Shown here: one piece after another, positions 54,030 through 64,000 of the stretch | Layout: each line of letters begins with the position of its first letter | Numbering within the stretch: position 1 is the first letter of the stretch | Assembly: GCF_001194135.2 (NCBI RefSeq) | Contig: NC_069000.1 | Span: 3,034,614-3,098,613 of the forward strand | Length of the DNA stretch: 64,000 nt | Direction: 5' to 3' | Source: Octopus bimaculoides | Lineage: Eukaryota | Position numbers and translations under genes: made by a program | Notes under the pieces: generated by a model | Database searches by the model: none | The model's input: the letters and a program-made list of their open reading frames with translations, nothing else | Told to the model about the DNA's origin: nothing

Positions 54030-54611
54030 TATATATATAAATATATATNNNNNNNNNNNNNNNNNNNNNNNNNNNNNNNNNNNNNNNNNNNNNNNNNNNN
54101 NNNNNNNNNNNNNNNNNNNNNNNNNNNNNNNNNNNNNNNNNNNNNNNNNNNNNNNNNNNNNNNNNNNNNNNNNNNNNNNNNNNNNNNNNNNNNNNNNNNN
54201 NNNNNNNNNNNNNNNNNNNNNNNNNNNNNNNNNNNNNNNNNNNNNNNNNNNNNNNNNNNNNNNNNNNNNNNNNNNNNNNNNNNNNNNNNNNNNNNNNNNN
54301 NNNNNNNNNNNNNNNNNNNNNNNNNNNNNNNNNNNNNNNNNNNNNNNNNNNNNNNNNNNNNNNNNNNNNNNNNNNNNNNNNNNNNNNNNNNNNNNNNNNN
54401 NNNNNNNNNNNNNNNNNNNNNNNNNNNNNNNNNNNNNNNNNNNNNNNNNNNNNNNNNNNNNNNNNNNNNNNNNNNNNNNNNNNNNNNNNNNNNNNNNNNN
54501 NNNNNNNNNNNNNNNNNNNNNNNNNNNNNNNNNNNNNNNNNNNNNNNNNNNNNNNNNNNNNNNNNNNNNNNNNNNNNNNNNNNNNNNNNNNNNNNNNNNN
54601 NNNNNNNNNNN

Positions 54612-54656
<45 letters not shown>

Positions 54657-55344
54657 ACGACAAATATATCTATATATATTTATATACAGAAAGACAAAAA
54701 GACAAATATATATATATATGTTTATATATATGAATTCAAATATATGAAATTTTACGTTTTTTTTTCGTAGAATATTTTCCTTCGGGCAGAATACAATTTG
54801 AATGTAATATATATCATGAGGTCCTATTTCCCGTTATCTGTGTTTGTTCTTTTCTCCGTGAATCAAAAATGAGGTTACAAGAAAGCAAGACACAAAACTG
54901 CCAAAGGCAATCATTAAAAATTCATTATATATGTGTGTGTGTGTGTTTCTATGTGTTTATATATACGTATGTGTATACATGCATTAATATGAACACTCAC
55001 GGTGTATTGTCTTAAAAACGTACAGACCTAATTTTATCTTCGTTTTTATGTATAAAGTAGATATTATAGTGAAATCACCTTAGTTTTTTTACTGCTTGGG
55101 GCGCTAGGAAACATATTGATTTGAATATCATCTCCCTATTTTACCAAATCATCAGCAATCGCCTCCGATTCTTTCTCATCTCGGAGAGTATAATAACTGA
55201 TAATTAAATTATACTAAACAAACGCGTAGAACACTGAATCGATTTGGCCTAATTTCCATTAAAGTGAAAGTACGAAAATTTTCAATATTTACTTGATGAA
55301 CCCACTAAGTACGATATATGGGAATTAGAGTAAATGCTTATTCA

Positions 55345-55500
55345 AGCGCAGCTGTGTGGTTTAGAACTATCATTCCCCACATTGTCTTGGGTTCAATTGC
55401 AGTGCACAGCATCTTGGAGTGACTGCCACTATAGCCCTGCTTCGATTAAAGACTTGTGAATAAATTTGGCCTACGAAAATTGCAAGACATCCTCGTAAAC
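55345..55500 (+). mobile_element. Degenerate SINE family C 5' half
   Basis: GCTGTGTGGTTTAG...GGGTTCAATTGCAGTGC...ACTATAGCCC...AAAGACTTGTGAATAAATTTGG. Confidence 0.6.
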
Positions 55501-55639
55501 ATGCATGTGTGTGTACGTGTGTGTTCGGCAAAGTGCGCCGATTGAGTAAGTACTAATATACACACGCACGAGTACAAAGGTTCCCATAGGGCTTGAAAAT
55601 TGTAGAGAATTCTCACACAGGAAGGCATTGGTAGCTTTC

Positions 55640-55745
55640 TTAAGCCACAAATAAGGCTTTGAATGCTCTGGCTGAAGACAGTTTCCGAGTGTTCAAGAAG
55701 TGGGACTGGACCGAAAGCCATGTAGAAGCGAAGTAATCTTGTTAT
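55640..55745 (-). mobile_element. Degenerate SINE family C 5' part
   Basis: AAGGCTTTG...GAAGACAGTT...AGTGGGACTGGACCGAAAGCCATGTAG matches 45784-45870. Confidence 0.6.
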
Positions 55746-56249
55746 TACTCAGTTATGCCTGCTGATAACTAAAAACAAAAACAAAAAAGGCGTATTTACC
55801 CATGTTTAAAAAGCGGGACCTTTTCATAGAAGCAGAAAATACCTGCGATTGCCAGGATCAGATGCGAAACAATGGCTATTTCAGTTGGCTGAGTATTAAC
55901 ACAATCGATTTATCCCAGCTATATCATTTTCTATCATGATTGAAATGACGTAGAAAGCAATACATAAATAGAATCAATAAAATCAACCACACATATTGTC
56001 GTATCAATTAATCTGCATAGATCAAAACACTTCCAGATAAAACGGCTCCGATCACTTATCGTGTTTTCTTCCATTTTAATACGGTTTCCTATTGTTTTCC
56101 GCTTATTTCCCAGCATTCTCATCAGAAAGCAGTTCTGGCGTAGCTTTCCAGACTAAGAAACCTATACTATGACATGGTGTGTGTGTGTGAAACACATACA
56201 TACATAAATAAATACATTTATTTGCGAACACACTTAGGTGTGCGTATAC

Positions 56250-56293
<44 letters not shown>

Positions 56294-57565
56294 ACGTGTT
56301 TATTTAAAAATGTATGCTGGTCGATATATGTATGTATAGAGACACATTCACAGGAAAACGCAAACGCCAATATTAACACACAATTGTAAGAATATATTCA
56401 TAGAAAACGTTTGATAATGTCTAGACAAAGGAAGGATATATATATTAATTCCTTTGATTGAGACATTTGATTTACTTTCGACTATTGAACATTGTTTATT
56501 ATGTCTGCATGCCTCTATATACATACATATATACATACATACAAACATATGTTTGTGTAAGTGTGATCTGTACGTAGACGAACATATATATGTGTGTATA
56601 TACATGCATAATGACCCAAAGTATGTGTATTTATATTTGTTGGTATGCACGCATGTATGTGCGTATACACATGGATATGAACAGTTTTACTTATAGTGAA
56701 ATACATCATTTCTTTTCTTTATTTACGTCCATTTTCCACAAACAAACACATACAGACGCGCACGTACATATACACGTACGTATATTTATTTTATACACAC
56801 GTACACATGGTAGATAATCACAAATGATATCTTTTCATCAGGTTCTTTTGGCAGATTTCCTCCAATATATTCACACATCCTCCTCCTCCTCCTACTCCTC
56901 GCCAACGGATCTTGTTAATCGAATTCTTTACTGAGAACGAGAAGTACATTGTGTTCTAGCAACTGATTATTAGTACCGATGCTTAAGCGTCATCATTATA
57001 CACACCACACACAAGCACATACACACACATATACACCCACACACAAATATGTTTATATATATGCAGCCACGTGTGTACATATATGCGCGTACATAAATAT
57101 ATAGATATATACACATATACGCATACAAATATATATATACATATATACACATACACATATATACATACATACGCATACATATATATATACGTACATACGC
57201 ATACATATATATATACATACATACGCATACATATATATATACATACATACGCATACATATATANNNNNNNNNNNNNNNNNNNNNNNNNNNNNNNNNNNNN
57301 NNNNNNNNNNNNNNNNNNNNNNNNNNNNNNNNNNNNNNNNNNNNNNNNNNNNNNNNNNNNNNNNNNNNNNNNNNNNNNNNNNNNNNNNNNNNNNNNNNNN
57401 NNNNNNNNNNNNNNNNNNNNNNNNNNNNNNNNNNNNNNNNNNNNNNNNNNNNNNNNNNNNNNNNNNNNNNNNNNNNNNNNNNNNNNNNNNNNNNNNNNNN
57501 NNNNNNNNNNNNNNNNNNNNNNNNNNNNNNNNNNNNNNNNNNNNNNNNNNNNNNNNNATACATAC

Positions 57566-57608
<43 letters not shown>

Positions 57609-58734
57609 CATACATACATAAATATATATTGATACGCATATATACGCATAGTTTTGCATAACCACTTGTTCATATGTGTGCGTGTACACATATGTATATG
57701 CCTGTGTAGAAGTAATGGGTTACATGTGCGCGCGGTCATGTAGGTGTGTGTATGTGTGCTTTTGTCTGTGTGCGTGGGCACGCACGTGTAATATGACGAA
57801 GACATTTGTTGAACATTGTTAGTGAAGTGAAATGTTGTTAAGGTAATATTTCTGCATCCTCGATCAATCCTCCTCCCACCCCATCGCCCAACTCCTGTCC
57901 CTCTCTCGTCCCTGAAGATTCTGCACCAATCAACCCTTGCTGCCTTTTCTGAGATCATGTCCCCGTGTAATTCGTAACTAAATTAGTGGAACAGTGACGT
58001 ATGAAGAAGAAAACAATGTTTAGCGAGGCGAAAATGAATAGAAAAAAGAAAAAAAAAAAGTCATTTGTACCAAAACACTTCCACATGAGTTCCAAAAATA
58101 TATTAAATTCTGGTATTTTTTAAATTATACTACTGCAAACTTTATAGAACTCGGTTCGACGGAGGAGTCTCATTACTTTTATACAGAATATTTCAGAGAC
58201 GGCTTTTCTAACCGAGAGGATTTGTGTGAAAGACCATCCTAGTAGTGTCAAGATTTTAAATCATTTTAATCTGATTATCTTTCTGAATAAACTAGTCTTA
58301 ATTGTTTCGTTTTAAATGCCAATCCTAGTTTGTTTATCCTTAATTCTTCATTCTTAAATCTCAATCTTCGTCCATCCACTTCTATCGTTGATAATAATTG
58401 CATTTCATTAATTGCACCAAATTAGTTTGCCGACACCTTAGATGGTGTTCTTAATTGCCCGCCATTCATTGCCCATCCTTAATTGCTCATAATAAATCAA
58501 TGCACGGGATTTAATCGAAAATAGTTTTTGGTGACACTGGAGAAATAATAAAAAGACACCCGTGTACATACCATTATTATTACTATTATTAATATTATTA
58601 TTATTAATATTATTATTATTATTATTATTGTTTGAAAGAAACACAGAATTCCAGCAAGGAGAGAAAAGCACCTCCACACATATACATATGACCGTCATGT
58701 GTATGTGTGTGTGCTTGTGTGTATTTGTGTGTCT

Positions 58735-58903
58735 TTGTTTGTCCCCTCGCTCGTCATCAAATGACAATCGGTGCTAGTGTGTTTACGTCCCCGCCAAACC
58801 GATAGAATAAGTATAAAATTTACAAAGAATAAGCCCAAAGGTCGATTTGTTCGACTTCGGGCGGAGCTCCGACATGGCCGCAGTCAAATGACTGAAACAA
58901 TTA
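58735..58903 (+). mobile_element. SINE family C 3' part
   Basis: GTGTTTACGTCCCCG...ACCGATAGAATAAGTA...TACAAAGAATAAG...GTCGATTTGTTCGACT...CATGGCCGCAGTCAAATGACTGAAACAATT. Confidence 0.85.
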
Positions 58904-58953
58904 TATATACAGGTATGTATATATAAAGGTATACACATACGTGTATGTGTGTG

Positions 58954-58996
<43 letters not shown>

Positions 58997-59580
58997 GTGC
59001 ATACACAGACTCATTCGAGGGTGTATATATGGGTCTGTGTGAGTGCTGTGCTGTTCAAATGATTTCCCTTTACAATTATGGAACTTGTCAAGGAAGTGCT
59101 ATAAAATTGCTTGATAGAAAGCCAAAGATCAACATATTTATATTAATAAAGACCATTTAAATCCAATTAACTTCACTAAATTTCGAAATAGGTCATCCTG
59201 AATTATTTATCATTCCCATTTGAAATATTACCTATAGACAATGCAAATAGAGATTGATGCTATCAAATTTACCAGTCGGTCATCGCGAAGTATTTCTCAT
59301 TGTTTTTCAATGTAAACAACCTTATAATATTATTATTTAAATACTCTTCTAATTATTAAGTATGTGTATCATCATACAGAAAAGGCTTAATAGTTAAATT
59401 GTCGTGCAAATTACCCCGATGAGTTAGTTCCACATTACTTTTTTTTATATTGTGACGTTGAGTCTCGCCCAGTTGAGCGTTTCTTTTGAACTCGATGAAA
59501 TCGTATTTGTTTCGAAATTTGGCAGAAGGCCAGCAGTTTAGGGAAAAAAGGTTAAGTCGATATCATTCAGACCCCGATTT

Positions 59581-59616
<36 letters not shown>

Positions 59617-59950
59617 CCCACTTGTCTTAATGAAAGAAACGTCCTTTGGAAAGTATATTTCGGAAAATGGCATGAATATTAATACTAAGGGTATTCCCCA
59701 TTACAAGTCCGCGTTTTGTAAAGCAGTATCCTCAATCAGACTTGACGTGATGTTAAAATTCTGTAACATCCTCGGTCTTATCATCTAAATGAACATCATC
59801 ATCATCATACACATCAACAATTAAACCTCCATGGTGCGCATTCACGAACCAAACGCAGTCAGCAGCAGAAATGTGCTTCTCATCATTTATCTACTCCACA
59901 AGGTATATGACAATTAAAAAGCAATTTAAACACTTTATTTTTCTCTGCGC

Positions 59951-59988
59951 AATATCTAAAGCAATAAATATCTAAAGCAATAAATATC
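59951..59988. repeat. 16-bp tandem duplication
   Basis: AATATCTAAAGCAATA x2 + AATATC. Confidence 0.85.
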
Positions 59989-60366
59989 AATGAAATAAAA
60001 AAAAAATTAATGCTAAGCAAATTATCATTTACATATATTTTACATATCGATTCAGAGAACACGATTATCTACGTAGTTACTATAATGATAATAAAAAGTT
60101 CACATTTTAATGTGATTTTGACGATAGATATCAATAAATTGAATATAAATATAATTTATAAAAAGGCGATGTGCAAAAAGTGTAATATACAATAAAAATG
60201 GAATGGATTAACGAATAATGAAAACAAATTACTTGGAAACAAAAATATTGCTATAATATGAAAAAATTACACACGTAATGATAATAACTATAATAATATA
60301 AACATAATAATAATAAAAGAAGCAACAGCGATACAATATCAATAATAATAATATTAATAGAAATAC

Positions 60367-60581
60367 TCCTTTCCACTGAAAGCACAAGGCCTTGAAATTT
60401 TGGGGGAGAGGACTAGTTGATTACATCGACACTAACGTTTCACTGGTACTTAATTTATCGACCCCGAAAGGATGAAAGGCAAAGTCGACATCGGCGGAAT
60501 TTGAACTCAGAACGTAGCGGCAGACGAAATACCTCTGAGCATTTCGCCCGGCGTGCTAACGGTTCTACCAGCTCATCGCCT
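60367..60581 (-). mobile_element. Full-length SINE family A (tail A1), within (AAT)n-rich sequence
   Basis: Minus strand AGGCGATGAGCTGGTAGAACCGTTAGCACGCCGGGCGAAATGCTCAGAGGTATTTCGTCTGCCGCTACGTTCTGAGTTCAAATTCCGCCGATGTCGAC... Confidence 0.92.
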
Positions 60582-60629
60582 TTTATATAATAATAATAAC
60601 AATAATAATAATAATTATTATTATTAATT

Positions 60630-60858
60630 TATTTCTTCATTACCCACTGGGGTTTAAACATAAAAGGGGACAAACAAGAACAGACAAAAGGATTACGTCG
60701 ATTACATCGACTCCAGTGCTCGACTGGTACTTATTTTATTGACCCCTTAAGGATGAAAAAGTCTTCCTCGGCAGAATTTGGACTCAGAACGTTAAGACGG
60801 ACTAAATGCCGCAAAGGATTTTGCTCGGCGTTTTAACGACTCTGCCACCTCGGCGCCC
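60630..60858 (-). mobile_element. SINE family A (tail A2), in tandem with the previous copy
   Basis: Same head and core; tail AAACATAAAAGGGGACAAACAAGAACAGACAAA matches the tail of 1455-1644. Confidence 0.85.
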
Positions 60859-62673
60859 TAATAATGATAATAATATTAATAATAATGATATGTGTGTGAG
60901 TGTGTGTGCATCACATAATTAGAATAATTATCATAATGTGCAATAACCACTGATTTAAGGGAGGGGACGCGAGTTTCATATTTACATTCGATCTGATAAG
61001 AGTTGAATTCGATCAAAAGGAATGTGCTGCTAAATATTAAATAATGGAGTTTAATATACAGAAGCAGGTTGTTTATAAATGTATCATAGATGTTTTGTGC
61101 CATAATCCCTGTAGGGACCATTAAATATATTTCCTTCCTATCTAATAAGCTCGTGTGTGTGTGTGTGTGTTATGTATCTACGTATGCATGTACATGTTGA
61201 AAAATATTTATGTACACATGAACACGCAGTGATAGATAGATAGATAGATAGATAGATATTAAAACAATTCGCATTCGAGTGTGCTGCTTGAAAGCGTAAT
61301 GTGATATACAAGAGCATGCGCATTAGTTCTTTCAATTGCCAGTGGAGAGGTTACTTGTAATATCAAATTCTAAAGCATTTCTATAATAATTAAAATTAAT
61401 GGAAAGGCATACCTTTAAAATACATATTAAAAAAAAAGAAACTATTTATAAACAAATGATTTTTAGAAATGAAAGCCATTAATAATTTGAAAAGCTATCG
61501 CGATTTTGTGAATTTTGTTATATATTATTGAATTTTTTAATTTTCTGTTCCTATATTGTTGTAGATTTTTTGTTAAGAATATTTAAGCTCCACTTGGAAG
61601 ACAGCTGCAATTCCATATGTTGTTATTTACACAAACCTCATGCCTACACACATCCATCCATACATACATACATATATATGCATGCATATATTCGCATTCC
61701 GTTTATATATACGCATGCACATACATATACATTCACAATGTATATGCATATAAGTGTGTATATACACACATATATACACACATAAGTATATAAGTGTGTA
61801 TATACTTATGTGTATTCACATACATAAGTATACATACATACATATACCTATGAATATGTAGGATTCCATCACTATAGACATATGGACCTGTATATATAAT
61901 TAAGCAAACTATATAAGTATATATGTATATATTTACGCACAACACATACATACAAATTTACACGAACCTGTTTATATGTGTGTGTGTGTGTCTGTGTGTG
62001 TGTGTGTCTGTGTGTGTGTGTGTGTGTGTNNNNNNNNNNNNNNNNNNNNNNNNNNNNNNNNNNNNNNNNNNNNNNNNNNNNNNNNNNNNNNNNNNNNNNN
62101 NNNNNNNNNNNNNNNNNNNNNNNNNNNNNNNNNNNNNNNNNNNNNNNAATATAGAATGTTTTTTAAATACAACAATGCAACAATACCATTTTGCTGTAGA
62201 TATTTTATTTGTAATAAAAGAACAAAGGACTAACTGCGCGTTTCAGTGTGTGTTTGTGTGTGTGTGAGTATGTGCGTCTCTGTTAGTGTGGGCGTGCGTG
62301 AGTTCTTGCGTGTGCGTGTTTGTATTCACATTCCAATCCAACTGCAAAATAATAGACACACGGAGACAATGTCGAACATACAAATATACCATAACATGTA
62401 GGTCTGATTCAATTATATGCAAATATATATATGTATGTATATATATATATATATATGTATATATAGTGTAGCACATTTAAACAAATTATTGGAGGAACCC
62501 AGCGAGCGGGTGCTTACGGACTGAATATTTAAATATAAACAATGGAAATAGGTTTATTGCTATCTCGACTGACAATTTTATGATTGGTTTGATGGTTCTT
62601 TTCTAGAATGATTTTCATTGGAATCAGATGAACTTCAGTGAGCATTTATAACGTTGTTAAACATTTTTTATTG

Positions 62674-63022
62674 TTTTAATTGTCTCAGTCATTTCACTGC
62701 GGCCATGCCGGAGCAAGACCTTCAATGGAACAAACCAACACCAGGACATATTCTTTGGGAGCCTAGTACCTATTGTGTCGGAATATTTAGCCGAACCGCT
62801 ACGTTACGGTGAAGTAAACACACCAAATCAGTTGTCAAGCGATGCTGGCGGTGGGGTGAACGCAGATGCACAAACAGTGCAGTTTCCCTCTAACAAATAC
62901 ACTCACAAGGCTATGGTCTCCCCGAAGCGATAGTAAAAGCTTTTGCGCAAGGTACAACGCAGTGCGACTGAACACGGAAGCATGTGGTTGGGAAGCAAGC
63001 TTTAAACTACAGAGCCATGCCT
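62674..63022 (-). mobile_element. Diverged full-length SINE family C; another C fragment at about 63265-63340
   Basis: CAGTCATTTCACTGCGGCCATGCCGGAGC...GAACCGCTACGTTACGG...GTTGTCAAGCGATG...CACTCACAAGGCT...CATGTGGTTGGGAAGCAAGC. Confidence 0.85.
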
Positions 63023-63962
63023 TCAACTATACATACAGAAATATATACATTTATATATATATATATACTTATATATAAATATATATACGTATATGAGTAT
63101 ACGTATACACACACACACACATATANNNNNNNNNNNNNNNNNNNNNNNNNNNNNNNNNNNNNNNNNNNNNNNNNNNNNNNNNNNNNNNNNNNNNNNNNNN
63201 NNNNNNNNNNNNNNNNNNNNNNNNNNNNNNNNNNNNNNNNNNNNNNNNNNNATATACATACGTACAAAGGGTTTCTTTTGGGGTTTCGTCTTTCAAATTC
63301 ACTCATAAGGTCTCCAGTAGACTTAGGGAAAGTGATGAATATACTCAATACGAGACCAGTATTGAGAAGTAGGCTCCTTAGGCATACGGCAACGCTGCGC
63401 CATTACGTTCAAGGACATTAAATTATGAGCGTCACTTCTCGCTAATATTGTTTCAGATATTACTATTCAAATTATTTTGTCTTCCTGTCCATTACAGTAC
63501 GATCGTTGCCTTTTCTCGCTTTTACAAGCGTTCTAATTCTATCGCCATATTGGTTCGAAGCCAAATCTTTAGGGATTAACTATTCTTTAGATTAATTCAT
63601 TAATTGCTTGAATTGTACCGAAGAATTCGTGTTGAAAAGCTTATCACCACCTGTGGGACATGCTTAATCTTGATAATAACAACGTCAATGATGGTGTGTT
63701 ATCTTTATTCCCAATACACTGAGAACTAAATTTAGTAGATACCTGACAACAGAAGATGCTGGACACACATACATATATGAGTGTGTATATGTGTACCTTT
63801 GTATGCAGGATGACGGTAACTTGCCTGGAAATAAACAATAACATGGTATATTTGAGTAACAATTGTAGTATTAACACCATCGAAATAGAGTAAATAAATT
63901 GGTATACTCTACTACATGTATTGAGTAGTTTCTCTCCCTCTCTAATTCCTTCTCATATATAC

Positions 63963-63995
<33 letters not shown>

Positions 63996-64000
63996 TATAT

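Larger units (their letters stand above)
1707..63250. other. Assembly gaps (N runs), mostly bordered by (AT)n/(CA)n
   Basis: For example 1707-1961, 10962-11251, 13785-14210, 22790-23380, 42722-43288, 54049-54610, 57264-57557. About 4.4 kb in total is unreadable and could hide exons. Confidence 0.95.

Noticed and set aside
57865-57915. Possible G-quadruplex on the minus strand
   Set aside because: Long irregular loops and no supporting context; indistinguishable from low-complexity background.
1645-63421. Numerous long ORFs rich in X, YI, CV, HT or poly-L/I
   Set aside because: They are translations of N-gaps and di/trinucleotide microsatellites.

Overview
Eukaryotic, AT-rich, repeat-saturated intronic/intergenic DNA with about 16 N-gaps, most flanked by (AT)n/(CA)n microsatellites. 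The microsatellite load and recurring tRNA-derived SINE families look like a coleoid cephalopod (probably Octopus) assembly; this is pattern recognition, not a database result. No complete gene can be identified, and nearly all ORF-track entries are microsatellite, gap or SINE artefacts. Supported content: (i) over 20 copies or fragments of three tRNA-headed SINE families (working labels A, B, C); (ii) two 5'-truncated non-LTR retrotransposon fragments encoding a restriction-like endonuclease (R4/Dong-like), each joined to a simple repeat; (iii) two different mariner-derived non-autonomous elements that keep only the transposase C-terminus; (iv) a GGAGTC-repeat DNA-element end, apparently nested in a SINE; (v) one plausible 3'-terminal coding exon (23815-23992, ending ATEI*) plus weaker exon candidates. 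Most interesting: two pre-miRNA-like hairpins (16011-16083, 49227-49309); a 21-bp SINE-head cassette deleted in one copy and amplified into a perfect minisatellite in another; a mariner MITE apparently built from two 3' ends; and closely spaced inverted SINE pairs that could form ADAR substrates. I see no convincing novel multi-gene system.
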